The notes below the pieces were generated by a model, which was given only the letters and a program-made list of their open reading frames with translations, ran no database searches and was not told the origin of the DNA. A stretch of 64,000 nt of DNA from an uncultured Phycisphaerales bacterium. GTDB taxonomy: Bacteria; Planctomycetota; Phycisphaerae; Tepidisphaerales; Tepidisphaeraceae. Location: contig CAVWLP010000003.1 of assembly GCA_963755915.1 (NCBI GenBank), forward strand, positions 832,001 through 896,000, read 5' to 3'. Every line of letters begins with the position of its first letter. Position 1 is the first letter of the stretch. Below, one piece after another: positions 10,981 to 22,151 of the stretch. Made by a program: the position numbers and the translations under genes.

Positions 10981-12438
10981 ATGACGGTATTGGATACGAT
11001 CGCCGACCCGCACACGGCGGCCCAAGAAAGGCCGTCCTTCGGCGGACCCCGTACCATCTGGGGGCTCGACCCCGTCGCTCTGCATCACCGCTTCTGGGCC
11101 GCTCATGGCGTCCAGGTCGTCCGCCAGGGCGAACCTTCCGAAATCGTCGAACACGCCGAGCTTTATCTACTCACCGATCCGCGCTCCCTCATGCTCTTCC
11201 GTATGAGTAGCGTCATCGACACGCTTAACTGGCTCAAGCCGCAGGTGCTGTTTCTTCGCCTGCACGACCACCGCGAACGGGGCTACCGCGAAAAAGTAAT
11301 CACTGACGGCCAGAGCCGGTTCCTCGGTTTCCAGCGCCTCTACGACGGCTCGGAAGATTTGCGCCTCGCCCGCGCCGTCCTCACGCCCGAGCGCGAAATC
11401 GCCCGCCTCTGGCAAGGTTCGCCCGACCCGCTCACCGGCTGGCGGCGATTGCGTCGCTACACCCCCCAGCGCGACCGCTGCACGCGATCCATCGAGGGAA
11501 GCGTCTTCGACCGCAGCGTCGACCGCGAAGTCACCTCATTCCTGCGAAACCTCACCGCCGAGTGGCTTCATCCTGATTCCACGATCGGCCGCGCCAAACC
11601 CTTCGGACCCCAGGTCTGGAAAGACCCGCAGAGCGAAATCGACCGCGAAGCGCGGTTCATCGGCCCCGTCTGGGTCGGCGCCGGCCGGCGAATTGACGGT
11701 GGAAACACGATCGTCGGCCCGGCGATCATCTGGGACGACCCCCAGAGCCGCCCCCCCACCGAGGAAATCCAGTGGCTCACCATCGAGCCGCGCGACATCA
11801 CCCCCGAAGCCAGGGTCAAAGACCTCACCGCCGTCAGCCGCGCCCTCAAACGCACATTCGACGTCGCCTTCAGCCTTGCCGTGCTCTTCTGCACCATCTG
11901 GATGTATCCGATCATCATGCTCGCCATCTGGCTCGAGGACGGCCGCCCGTTTTACTTCACCCACAAGCGCGAGAAGTTCGGCGGCGAGGAATTCCCCTGC
12001 ATCAAGTTCCGCTCCATGCAGAAAAACGCCGAGCAGCAGAAGACGCAGCTCAAATTGCAAAACCAGGCCGACGGACCGCAGTTCTACATGGAAAAAGATC
12101 CCCGCCTCACGCGGGTGGGCCGATTCCTCCGCAAATACAACCTCGACGAGCTCCCGCAGTTCATCAACGTCCTGCTCGGACACATGTCTGTTGTCGGGCC
12201 TCGGCCCAGCCCCAGGGGAGAAAACCAGTATTGCCCGCCATGGCGCAACGCGCGCCTCAGCGTGCGGCCCGGTATTACCGGGTTGTGGCAGATTCACCGC
12301 ACCCGAAGATCCGGATCAGACTTCCAGGAGTGGATTAAGTACGACATCGAATACGTCGAAAATCGTTCCTGGGGTCTTGATCTCTGGATCATTTGGAAGA
12401 CCGTTACTCAGGTCTTCCGCAAGGTATCTCGCTCATGA
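10981..12438 (+). CDS. Priming sugar-phosphate transferase (bacterial sugar transferase domain) with long N-terminal extension
   Basis: [46 protein letters not shown] motifs. Confidence 0.9.
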   Translation: MTVLDTIADPHTAAQERPSFGGPRTIWGLDPVALHHRFWAAHGVQVVRQGEPSEIVEHAELYLLTDPRSLMLFRMSSVIDTLNWLKPQVLFLRLHDHRERGYREKVITDGQSRFLGFQRLYDGSEDLRLARAVLTPEREIARLWQGSPDPLTGWRRLRRYTPQRDRCTRSIEGSVFDRSVDREVTSFLRNLTAEWLHPDSTIGRAKPFGPQVWKDPQSEIDREARFIGPVWVGAGRRIDGGNTIVGPAIIWDDPQSRPPTEEIQWLTIEPRDITPEARVKDLTAVSRALKRTFDVAFSLAVLFCTIWMYPIIMLAIWLEDGRPFYFTHKREKFGGEEFPCIKFRSMQKNAEQQKTQLKLQNQADGPQFYMEKDPRLTRVGRFLRKYNLDELPQFINVLLGHMSVVGPRPSPRGENQYCPPWRNARLSVRPGITGLWQIHRTRRSGSDFQEWIKYDIEYVENRSWGLDLWIIWKTVTQVFRKVSRS

Positions 12439-15400
12439 TTATCCGACCAAAAACCAAGCGTCGCGTGCTGATTCTCATAATCGGCGTTGGCATCTTTTCT
12501 CTTGCCGCCGCGTGGCTCTACAGCTATCGCATGGACATCGCCGAGCAGCGCCTCCAGCATGACAAGGACCTGGGGCTCCAGGCCTACAAAAGCGGTGACT
12601 ACCAGACCGCCCTTTCCAAGCTGGCCGAATACATCAACCACGAGGAAAAACGCGATCCCACCAAGATCGACCCCCAGGCCCTGCTGGCATTCTCAGTCTC
12701 GCGGGCGCAGATCCCGTCGGCCAACGAAGACTACCTGATCGAGGCGATTAAAACCCTTCAGTGGTATTGCACCCTGGTTCCCACTGACGCCGACGCCAAG
12801 GAACGTCTCATCGAACTGGAACTGCCGCACGCAACCTACGCGCCCGATGTCCTGGCCCGCTCCAACGACGCCCTCCAGAGCAATCCCGACGACCTCGCCG
12901 CCCTTAAGGCCATTGCCATCCTGAACTACCGCCAGCGCGACTTCAGGGACGCCGCCCCGGCCTCCCAGCATTACGTTTCCCTCGCCCCCACCGACCTGGA
13001 AATGCAATGGCTGAATTTCCAGGTCATGGCCCAACTGAACGATCCGCCCTCGGCCATGCAGCAGCAGGCCGATGCGCTGATCGCCAAATACCCAACCGAC
13101 CCGCGCTTCAAGATCGTCAAGGCGTACGTCTATCGTGCAAATCGCAACCGGCTGACGCCCGTCCTTCAGACGCAGGCGGACTTCGACCAGTATCACGCGC
13201 TGGTTCTCGCCGCCGCCAAGGCCGATCCCCCCAGCCCCCAGTTCGTCAACACGGCCATCGGTTTGCTCGACGAGATGGGCGAATTCGGCGCTGCCGAAGA
13301 TCTGCTCAATCGCGCCGCGCCGAAGTTCGGCGACCCGGCGCTCAGCCGGCAACTCATCGAGCGTCTCTGGGCGTTTCGTCAGTTCTCGGAAATAGTCGAT
13401 CGGCTCAAGGACCTGGACCCCAATTCATCGGCAGTCGACGCCAATCTCGTCGCCTACAAGGCTCTCTCGCTCTATAAGCTTGGCAAGGCCGCCGACGCCG
13501 CGGCGCTTGTGGAGATTCTCGACGGCCGCGATCCCGCCGACACCCAGGCGCACGCCTGGGCGATCGCCCTCAAAGCCCGCTATGGAAATGCCCAGGAAGA
13601 TTTGAAAACGCGCGTCGCCGATTACAAGAACGCCGAATCCCAGGCCCCCGACAACGGATACGTCGCCTTCCTGCTGGGTCAGGCCTATGCCCAGATGGGC
13701 GAAAACGATTTGGCATTGGAAGCCTTCCGCCAGGCCTGCCATTGGATGCCGAGCTGGTCCGAACCCCATTCGCAGCTGGCGTTGATGCTCGTTCGCCTCG
13801 GCCGCGGAACCAGCGACGAAGCCGTCAGCGCCTCGCAGGACGCCCGCATGGCTGGCACCGACTCCGCGGGACGCACCGACCTCCAGGCGGCCATCGCCAA
13901 CATCCGCGTCAGCTACGCGCGCCTGCTCGCCTCGCCCAACCAGGCCGATGCCGCCTCCCTCCTTGCCGCCGTCAAGCAGATTCAGACGCAACTTCCCAAT
14001 GAACCCGAAACGCTTCCCATGTATGTCGCCCTGCTTGCCCAGACCGGCCAGCGCGACGACGCCATCAATGCGATCAAGGCCGCCTGTGCCAACCCCGGCG
14101 ACGACGGCCAGGACCTCCTCTCAGACCTTGTCGAAACCAGCCGTGCCGCGCACCTCGGCATGGAAGACACCATCTACGCCGCCATCTTCCAGAAATACGG
14201 CCAGACGCCCCGGCTCGCATACTCCCGGGCCATGGGCCTTCTCGAAGCAGGTCGTCCCGATGACGGCCTGAAGCTCCTTCTCGACGCCAAACCAAAAACC
14301 CAGACGGCCGATGCCGCCTTCTGGGACCGTGCCATCTGCGAATATCGCGAAAATGCCCATGATCCCTCCGCCGCCGACGAGTGGGAAAAGCTCGGCAACG
14401 CTTATCCCAACGACATCGAGGTGCAGTCAACCATCCTCAGCGCCGCCACTTCCGCCTGGAACGCAAAGCACGATTTCATGCGCCAGACCATCGACCGCGT
14501 GAAGACGCTGACCGGCAGCGACGCCAACGCCTGGAAAACCGCCTACGCACGCTGGATGCTCACCGGACCTGATGCCACCGCCAACGCTCCCGAAGCCGTC
14601 ACGCTTCTTACAAGCGTCACCAATGCGGATGCGGATGAATACATGCCGCACGTTCTGCTCGCGATGGCGTACGACGATGTGAACAACTCTGCCGCCGGCC
14701 TCGACGAATGGCGCAAGGCCGCCGCCATCGAGCCCCAGTCTCCTGAAGCCCAGTTCTCGCTCCTCCAGGCACTACACAATCTGGGCAAAAAGGAAGAGAC
14801 CGACGTCGTCTTCCAGAAGCTCGCTGCCCTTCCGAACATCCCGCCCGACCTTGCCCTTGCCGCCGCGACCATTGTCGCCGCCGAGGGGGACATGCCCCAC
14901 GCCGAGGCCATGCTCCTGGCCTATCCCAAATGTTCCAACCAGGTGCTGCACGACGCCACGCTGGCCAAGGTTTACCGCGTCGAAAATCGCCCCAATGACG
15001 CCGCCCAGGTTTATTTCGGACTCGCCAGCGTAAAAGGCCTCGACGCCAACACCATCCACGAAGCCGCCGATTTCTTTGGTTCACAGGGCCAGAAGGACGA
15101 GGCCCAGAAATTTCTCGATCGCCTTTCCGATCCGGGCATTCCCGTCTGGCAAAGCCGCCTCGTTCAGGCCGAATATGAGGAAGAGCACGGCAGCCCGGGC
15201 GCCGCCGCCACTCTTTACGACCAGGCCGTCCAGGCCGCCGGAAACAATCCGGACCTGGCGATCCAGCAGATCGGCTTCCTGATCCGCCAGCACGATTGGA
15301 TCCGGGCCGAGCACGCCATCAGCGACGCCTCCACGCGCTGGCCTTCCAATACTTCGATCGCCAACCTCGGCAAAGCCGAATCGGCCCTGGCCGCTTATCC

Positions 15401-16730
15401 GCATCTCGATGAAGTGTCGACGCTGATCGAAGCCCTCACTGCCGATCCCAATAACGCCGCCGCCAACGACGTCATCGCCGTCGCTACCAATCCCGCCACC
15501 ACCGCCGCGCAGGTCAGGGCAATGCTCGACAAATATCCCGGCTTCGAGCCCCTCTACGAGCTGGCCAGCCGCCGGCTGATGAACGCCGGCGACCGCGCCC
15601 AGGCCGTCACCATCGCCAGCCAGGCCATGACGCGCTTCCCCCACTCCGTCGACGCCGCCCGCACCACCGCGGAAGTGAACGCCGCCGGTGGCAATTGGAA
15701 CGACGCCCTTATCGCCGCCCACGAGTGGCGACGGCGCCTCACCGACAACCCCCAGCCCGCCGACGAATTCACCGCCATCGCCGACCTCGCCGTCGGTCAG
15801 CCGCAGGACGCCACTGATTGCCTCTCCCCCTACATCGCCCAGGCCTCCGCCCATCCGGACGACAACCAATCCCTGCTAACCACCTATTGCCAGGCCCTGA
15901 TCCGCGCCGGCCGCCAGTCCGACGCCCAGGCCCTCCTCCTCCCTCTGGCAAAAAATGAGGTCCAGTGGCGGCTCGCCTGGCTCAACCTCGCCCCCGTTTC
16001 CTTCACCGACGGACAAAGCTCCGCCCAGTGGATCCAAATCATCAAGCCCCTGCTCACCCCCGATTCCATCGAAGAGCAGGAAGCTCTCGCCGAGGCCTAC
16101 GTCGCCTGCGCCGACCGCGCGGGATATCCCCCCGATTACGCACTCGCTCGCGACGTTCTGAAACCCTTCATCGGCACAAGCAAAATGGGCGCGCGCCAGT
16201 GGCTCACCTACGCGGGCGCCGCCGCCGGCGCCGACGACAACAGCGGCGCCGCCCAGGCCTATCGCGAGGTCCTCAAGCTCGACCCCGACAACGCCATCGC
16301 CGAAAACAACCTTGCTGATCTCCTCCGTCAAACCGGCGGCCCCAATTCGCTCAATGAAGCCGAGGGGCTCATCGAACACGCCATCGCCAATCACGCCACC
16401 GAGCCCGATGCCTTTAACTTCTACGACACCCAGGCGCGCATCCTCATGAAGCAAGGCCGCAACGACGACGCCATCGCGGCCTTCGAAAAAGGTTACGCCA
16501 TCAATCCCACCAGCCTCGATATCCTTATCGGACTCGCCACCGTCTACGCCGGCACCAACCGCACCGGCGAAGCCTCACACTATCTCTCGCAAGTCGACGA
16601 TCTCATGGCCTCCGGACCGCAGCTCAGCCCCGAACTCAAGTCCGAACTCGACGCCACCCGCAAGACCGTCCTCAATGCCAACATGCACAACTCCGTGAGT
16701 GGAACCGACTACACGCCCGGCGGCAAATAA
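12435..16730 (+). CDS. Large membrane-anchored TPR protein (~1430 aa)
   Basis: ATG 12435 overlaps the upstream stop (ATGA); basic N-terminus plus TM helix, then many TPR-like helices (e.g. AYREVLKLDPDNAIAENNLA). Confidence 0.85.
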   Translation: MIIRPKTKRRVLILIIGVGIFSLAAAWLYSYRMDIAEQRLQHDKDLGLQAYKSGDYQTALSKLAEYINHEEKRDPTKIDPQALLAFSVSRAQIPSANEDYLIEAIKTLQWYCTLVPTDADAKERLIELELPHATYAPDVLARSNDALQSNPDDLAALKAIAILNYRQRDFRDAAPASQHYVSLAPTDLEMQWLNFQVMAQLNDPPSAMQQQADALIAKYPTDPRFKIVKAYVYRANRNRLTPVLQTQADFDQYHALVLAAAKADPPSPQFVNTAIGLLDEMGEFGAAEDLLNRAAPKFGDPALSRQLIERLWAFRQFSEIVDRLKDLDPNSSAVDANLVAYKALSLYKLGKAADAAALVEILDGRDPADTQAHAWAIALKARYGNAQEDLKTRVADYKNAESQAPDNGYVAFLLGQAYAQMGENDLALEAFRQACHWMPSWSEPHSQLALMLVRLGRGTSDEAVSASQDARMAGTDSAGRTDLQAAIANIRVSYARLLASPNQADAASLLAAVKQIQTQLPNEPETLPMYVALLAQTGQRDDAINAIKAACANPGDDGQDLLSDLVETSRAAHLGMEDTIYAAIFQKYGQTPRLAYSRAMGLLEAGRPDDGLKLLLDAKPKTQTADAAFWDRAICEYRENAHDPSAADEWEKLGNAYPNDIEVQSTILSAATSAWNAKHDFMRQTIDRVKTLTGSDANAWKTAYARWMLTGPDATANAPEAVTLLTSVTNADADEYMPHVLLAMAYDDVNNSAAGLDEWRKAAAIEPQSPEAQFSLLQALHNLGKKEETDVVFQKLAALPNIPPDLALAAATIVAAEGDMPHAEAMLLAYPKCSNQVLHDATLAKVYRVENRPNDAAQVYFGLASVKGLDANTIHEAADFFGSQGQKDEAQKFLDRLSDPGIPVWQSRLVQAEYEEEHGSPGAAATLYDQAVQAAGNNPDLAIQQIGFLIRQHDWIRAEHAISDASTRWPSNTSIANLGKAESALAAYPHLDEVSTLIEALTADPNNAAANDVIAVATNPATTAAQVRAMLDKYPGFEPLYELASRRLMNAGDRAQAVTIASQAMTRFPHSVDAARTTAEVNAAGGNWNDALIAAHEWRRRLTDNPQPADEFTAIADLAVGQPQDATDCLSPYIAQASAHPDDNQSLLTTYCQALIRAGRQSDAQALLLPLAKNEVQWRLAWLNLAPVSFTDGQSSAQWIQIIKPLLTPDSIEEQEALAEAYVACADRAGYPPDYALARDVLKPFIGTSKMGARQWLTYAGAAAGADDNSGAAQAYREVLKLDPDNAIAENNLADLLRQTGGPNSLNEAEGLIEHAIANHATEPDAFNFYDTQARILMKQGRNDDAIAAFEKGYAINPTSLDILIGLATVYAGTNRTGEASHYLSQVDDLMASGPQLSPELKSELDATRKTVLNANMHNSVSGTDYTPGGK

Positions 16731-17038
16731 CCCCCCACTCAAACGCATCGTTTCCAATCCTTGCGTCCGGATATTCCGTTTATCTGGGATATTCCGGTAA
16801 ACCGGGAAACGACTGCGGTATGCGGGCAATTTAATCGTTGTACTGAAAACTCCAGCGGTATATATTGCGACCACTCGGCCCTTACCAGGGGTCGGCTGTT
16901 GTTAGGCATGTTAAATGTCACAAGCTGGGTGGCTTGCGGCCAATGCGAGCGGTAAGAGACATCCCCGACGCGAATGCCACATCGTAACGCCTGACGTTTC
17001 TGAATGTTTGGTGTCCTGGTAGTTATAGGAGTTGAACG

Positions 17039-17532
17039 ATGAACGGCTTGTTCAAGGCGTGGGTGGCGGCTGCGCTGCCACTTATCTTGAACGCGGAAAT
17101 TGCGCCTGCCCCGCGGCCGCGATTCAGGTGATCGCCCAGGATAGTCCGACTGTTGATGGAGCGACCGCCAGGGAATCGAATCCGCGCGAGCCGCTGCTGA
17201 CGAAGTTTAAATCCGATTGGGATTACCTGAACGTCCTCGACTCCACTCCGCGCTCTCTCGCTGCGCCGGACTCTCGAAGCGCCCGTTCCCTTCACTCGAA
17301 TGCCGACCCCGCCGGCGCTAATTGGAGCACCGTGGCCATAGAAAATGCCGCCGATCCCGCGGCGGCATCCAACGATTCAACGGTAAGCACTAACTCAAAT
17401 CCTCAATCTGCGCCAAACGTCGTCCCCGCTATCGTTCGCGCACCCAGCGACGGCTGGCAAACCCTCGTCGCCCTGACGCTGGTCATCGCCTTCACAGCAA
17501 TCAAACGCAGAAGTTCCGCAAAATCGCTTTGA
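17039..17532 (+). CDS. Small secreted protein with C-terminal PEP-CTERM-like sorting signal (apparent frameshift near 17110)
   Basis: AGGAG RBS 17027-17031 and ATG 17039 give signal-peptide-like MNGLFKAWVAAALPLIL; the 17032 frame continues to a Ser/Asn/Ala linker, VVPAIVRAPSDGW, a TM helix and KRR. Confidence 0.55.
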
Positions 17533-17557
17533 GCAGTATTAAACGAAATTCCATCAA

Positions 17558-17959
17558 TCAGTTTTGCCGGTTCATCTCTTCCTCTGTCATGCCTTGCTGT
17601 CGCGTTTGCTCGCCTTCCCCTGAGTCGTATTGACGGACTCCCCCTGCTGAGTCCGGTTCACTCTGAACCTGCGGTGCTTCGACTTCGGCATCCACTACCA
17701 CCGGATTGACCGCGTTCGCGGCTCGATGCCGCCGCCTTTCTGCAGACCGTTTTCCTCCCAGCCGCCCAATCTCAATCATGTGATTCCGATTGGTGGCGAC
17801 ACGCTGACCCCCTTTGCGGCCCGCAAAGCGCGCCTCCTCGGCCGTAAATTCATGTGCCGTACCTTTTCGATGCGCGGCACGACCCCCTTTACGCGCTATT
17901 TCACGCTGTTTTTCCTGGTCCATCGACGCAAATCCACCGACTCTTGTTTTCTGTTCCAT
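17558..17959 (-). CDS. KGG-repeat general stress protein (YciG/GsiB-like)
   Basis: GFASMDQEKQREIARKGG, AHEFTAEEARFAGRKGG, EIGRLGG repeats. Confidence 0.85.
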   Translation of the reverse strand: MEQKTRVGGFASMDQEKQREIARKGGRAAHRKGTAHEFTAEEARFAGRKGGQRVATNRNHMIEIGRLGGKRSAERRRHRAANAVNPVVVDAEVEAPQVQSEPDSAGGVRQYDSGEGEQTRQQGMTEEEMNRQN

Positions 17960-18085
17960 GGCAAACGACCTTTCGATGTTACGTCCAACCAACTGCAAGC
18001 GACGTACCACCGGCCCCACCGGCCGGAACCACCATTTTCCCCTAAAACCGTGCATTTTATCTTAGGCCCCGTCCCACCGCTGAGG

Positions 18086-19766
18086 CTACTTCAAAGTCAA
18101 TTTTCTATAGGTAATCCTGTGCGGCCGATGGGCGTCAATCCCCAACCGCTTTTTCCGATCCGCTTCGTATTCGCTGTAATTCCCGTCGAAAAATCGCACC
18201 TGGCTCTCCCCCTCAAACGCCAGGATGTGCGTCGCGATTCGATCGAGGAACCAGCGGTCGTGGCTGATAATCACCGCGCACCCCGCGAAATTTTCCAGCG
18301 CCTCTTCCAGCGCGCGCATGGTGTTCACGTCCAGATCGTTCGTCGGCTCATCGAGTAGCAAAACATTCGCCCCCTGCTTGAGCATCCGCGCTAGGTGAAC
18401 GCGATTGCGCTCGCCGCCGGAGAGCGTGCCGACGATGCGCTGCTGATCCGTCCCGCCGAAGCCGAAACGCGAGACATACGCCCGCGAATTCACCGACGCC
18501 GATCCCAGGCGGATGTTGTCCTGCTTTTCAGAGATTGCCTCCCACACGTTCACGCCGGCGTCGAGCGACTCGCGGCTCTGCTCGACGTATGCCAGCTTCA
18601 CGCTTTCGCCAAGCTGGATCTTTCCCGCGTCCGGCTTCTCCGCGCCGGTAATCAAACGGAACAGCGTCGTCTTGCCGGCGCCGTTGGGGCCGATCACGCC
18701 GATGATGGCGTTTGGCGGAAGCACGAAGCTCATCTCCTGGAAAAGCACATTGTCGCCGTAGGCTTTGGTAACGCCGATTGATTCGATCACCTTTGCGCCG
18801 AGGCGCGGACCGGGCGGAATAAAGATTTCGATCTCGGTCGCGCGCTTCTGCGTGTCTTCGTTGAGCATCGCCTCGTAAGCGGCCAGGCGGGCCTTTGATT
18901 TCGCCCGGCGGGCGCTGGGGGATTTGCGCACCCATTCCAGCTCGTGCGCCAGCGCGCTGGCGGCTGCTCTCGGACTTTTCTTCCTGCTCCAGCCGGGCTT
19001 TTTTCTGCTCCAGCCATGAGGAATAATTGCCTTTCCACGGGATCCCCTGGCCGCGATCGAGCTCGAGGATCCAGCCGGCGACGTTATCGAGGAAATAGCG
19101 GTCGTGGGTGACGGCGATCACGGTGCCTTCGTAGCGGGCGAGGTGCTGCTCGAGCCAGCCGACGGATTCGGCGTCGAGATGGTTGGTCGGCTCGTCGAAC
19201 AGGAGAATGTCCGGCTTCTTCAGAAGTAATCGACACAGCGCCACGCGCCGGCGCTCGCCGCCGGAGAGGACTTTTATCTGCGCATTGCGCGGCGGACAGC
19301 GCAGGGCGTCCATCGCCATCTCGATCTGCGAATCCAAATCCCACGCGTTGGCGGCATCGAGCTTCTCCTGAAGGTCGCCCTGCTTTTCAAGGAGCTTGGT
19401 CATCTCCTCATCGCTGAGGGGCTCGGCGAGGCGGTTGTTGATCCGATCGAACTCGGCCAGCAGGTCGATGGTCGATTGCAATCCCTGCTCCACGACCTGC
19501 CCGGCCGTCAGCGACTCATCAAGCTGCGGCTCCTGCTCGAGAAACCCGATGGAGTAATTCCCCTGAAGCGAGATCTGCCCCTCATATTTTTTGTCGACAC
19601 CACCCAGGATGCGCAGCAGGGAGCTTTTGCCAGAACCGTTGAGTCCGAGGACGCCGATCTTGGCGCCGTAGAAATAGGAGAGGTAGATGTCCTTGAGAAT
19701 GACTTTTTTCTCGTGCGACTTACTGACGCCGATCATGGAATAGATGATTTTGTTGGCTTCGGCCAC
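18086..19766 (-). CDS. ettA: Energy-dependent translational throttle protein EttA (ABC-F), apparent frameshift ~18950
   Basis: GTG start with [38 protein letters not shown], second ABC domain GPNGAGKT / [12 protein letters not shown] and C-terminal HRITYRKL, split over two ORFs. Confidence 0.92.
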
Positions 19767-20136
19767 GTATTTCTCCAAAGAAGATTGGGGACGGTATGGG
19801 CATCCTGCTTTTGCTTCAAGAGGAAGCGATTAATACCTTGCCGCCGGCGATTGAATTCGTGCGATCGGAATTGTTTTGTGGCGCCGGGACTACGGTACAA
19901 AAGGTAACAGTCCGCAACAAACTGGGCAAGATGGGCAATTTGGATAAGGCAATCTCGCGATTTTTGGCATTGTTCGTATACCGTTGCGCCTTTTAGTGGC
20001 TCCAAGGCCTGATTGTGGGCAGCGCCCACTACGGCCGGTAAATTGAGTGGCGCATGCAGGATCAATCGCGCCGATCTGGCCGAGGCCTGCGTGCGTAAGC
20101 CGCGGAGGCGAAAGGAATCCCTTTAGTGGAGCGCCC

Positions 20137-20619
20137 ATGCAGTACCTCATCGAAGGTGCGGACAAATCGACCGGAGAGGATCGCTCGGTCATCGTAAGTG
20201 CCGACAATCCGAGGGATGCGCAAAAACAGGCGGAGGAAATGAATGTGCTGATTAGTAGTGTGGTCCCCCACGCCGCGGGCATTCCGAACGCCAAACCGGT
20301 TGATTATGCGTCTTCGCGGACGGTTGCACCGCATCCGACTTCAGCCCTGGCGAACGGGCCGCCGCGATACCTCGGGCTGCAAATTGCCTCTGTTGTGTTG
20401 GGAATCTCCTGCGTCATCTTTTACGGTTTGGCAGGATTATTCGCGATCATGGCCTTTGCCGCGGGGGCCGTGGCGACCCGTCCGCAGACGCCATTTGGAC
20501 CACCGTCTGCCTTTGTCTTTATAAGCAGTTTCACGACGGCCTTGGGGCTTTTCGCCGCTGGGGCGGTTCAACACGCATTGTCGGCGGCTTGCAGCGCGCT
20601 TTGCGACATTGCGCAATAG
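20137..20619 (+). CDS. Hypothetical membrane protein
   Basis: ATG after GGAG; small soluble N-domain followed by two hydrophobic helices. Confidence 0.6.
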   Translation: MQYLIEGADKSTGEDRSVIVSADNPRDAQKQAEEMNVLISSVVPHAAGIPNAKPVDYASSRTVAPHPTSALANGPPRYLGLQIASVVLGISCVIFYGLAGLFAIMAFAAGAVATRPQTPFGPPSAFVFISSFTTALGLFAAGAVQHALSAACSALCDIAQ

Positions 20620-20806
20620 CTTTGCCGGTTAGGCGCAAGGCAGGTGGAAGCGGCGAGACGCCGCTTCTACTTGGAGAAGAAAGGGTGACAGGAATTATTT
20701 TGGAAAGGGATCCTGCCACTTTTCCGAGTGTCAACGAAAGCCGCTCCCGTCCCGGTTTCGGCTCCCTGTGTTAAACTATTGCAGTGGCGGTAAAGATCGG
20801 AAGGTC

Positions 20807-21097
20807 ATGGGAAAGAACATATTGAATTACGGTCGCGCCGAGCCGAAGCCTCGGTTGTCGGCAGTAATTGCGGGGTGGATTTCGTTGGCAATGGCTGCGT
20901 GCGTGCCGTTTATGGATTCATTAGTCGATACTAATTTCGGTCGGTATATAGAATTTGTCGGGTGCTGGTGGCCGATTGTGGCGTTTGCGTTGAGTCTGTA
21001 TGCAACGATAAGAACCGATGGACGGACGGTTCCGGGGTGGGGCGCCCTGGCGATATTAATCGCCTGCTTCATAAGAAACGCGCTTATGATGCCGTAG
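20807..21097 (+). CDS. Small hypothetical membrane protein
   Basis: ATG after GGAAGG; three hydrophobic segments. Confidence 0.5.
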   Translation: MGKNILNYGRAEPKPRLSAVIAGWISLAMAACVPFMDSLVDTNFGRYIEFVGCWWPIVAFALSLYATIRTDGRTVPGWGALAILIACFIRNALMMP

Positions 21098-21161
21098 GGG
21101 AGAAGCGGGAGAGTTATCGGTCCCGAATAAACTGCAAAACATTGGCCGCTCGGCAGAACGT

Positions 21162-21200
21162 CCCCCTCCCCTGCCCTCCGCCGGGGTCCCGGGGGCGGGG
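21162..21200. repeat. REP-like GC-rich palindrome (CCCTCCC..CCCTC family), copy 1
   Basis: CCCCCTCCCCTGCCCTCCGCCGGGGTCCCGGGGGCGGGG between convergent genes; similar to 22237-22276 and, inverted, 53976-54014. Confidence 0.55.
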
Positions 21201-21246
21201 AAAACTGGGCTGTCGATTGCAAAGCTATGGGTTGCGAGACAGGAAA

Positions 21247-21894
21247 CTACCCCCGCTTGCGCAGGAAGACGTGCATGGCGCGTTCGCCGGGGACGTGGTT
21301 TGTCGGCTCGTAGCCGAGGGCATTCAGGTCGAGGCCGGCAAAGAGATTTTCGCCGGAGCCGAGAAGGATGGGTCGGACGGCCAGGTGAATTTCGTCGATG
21401 AGACGGGCCTGCAGGAACTGGCGGATGGTGGCGACGCCGCCGCCGATGCGGATGTCGCGGCCATTGGCGGCGTCCTTGGCGCGCTGGAGGGCGGCGTGGA
21501 TGCCTTCGGCGACGAAATGAAATTCCGTGCCGCCCTTCATCGGCAGCGAGGGACGGCCATGATGCGTGAGAACGAAGACCGGCGTGTGATAAGGCGGCTC
21601 TTCGCCCCACCAGCCTTTCCAACTCTGGTCCGGCCATGGGCCGCGGATGGGGCCGAACATGTTGCGGCCTAAAATCCAGGCGCCGAGGTTCTGGAAGCCC
21701 TGCTCGGCGATTTTGTTGTCGGTTCCGGTTTCGCCGCCGGGCTGGCCGTGCATCGCTCGAAACGTTCGCGTGTGGAAAAACCAGTCCATCAGCTCGGGGC
21801 CTCTGACGCCCAGAGGGTTGCTCTGATCCTGGTTTGGGGCGGCGCTATAGCCGTCGATGGAAACCGCGAATGTTTGCACGCGAACTTTAGACAT
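21247..21894 (-). CDS. Dihydrofolate reductase / RibD C-terminal family protein
   Basis: SIDGY, ILGRNMF, PVFVLTH, IGGGVATIRQFL, LIDE, PILLGSG. Confidence 0.9.
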   Translation of the reverse strand: MSKVRVQTFAVSIDGYSAAPNQDQSNPLGVRGPELMDWFFHTRTFRAMHGQPGGETGTDNKIAEQGFQNLGAWILGRNMFGPIRGPWPDQSWKGWWGEEPPYHTPVFVLTHHGRPSLPMKGGTEFHFVAEGIHAALQRAKDAANGRDIRIGGGVATIRQFLQARLIDEIHLAVRPILLGSGENLFAGLDLNALGYEPTNHVPGERAMHVFLRKRG

Positions 21895-22151
21895 AGGAGG
21901 CTTAGGATGGCTTACGGAAAGCCTTCGAGCAAGTTGATCCACCTCCGGGCGGGTTTTTTATGCGCCGAGGACAGGATGTCGCGATGAATTCGCAGCCTGG
22001 CTTGTGGAGATTGGTTGTGCCGTTGCTCCCCTGGGCAGCGATTGTTTTGCTCATCGCGCTAATCATCTGGATTGTTCGACGATTTGTGGGGCACTAGAAA
22101 CGTCAAATCGGGACATTGCCGTCAGCGTCGCAAAAAACGTGTCAAGAAAAG

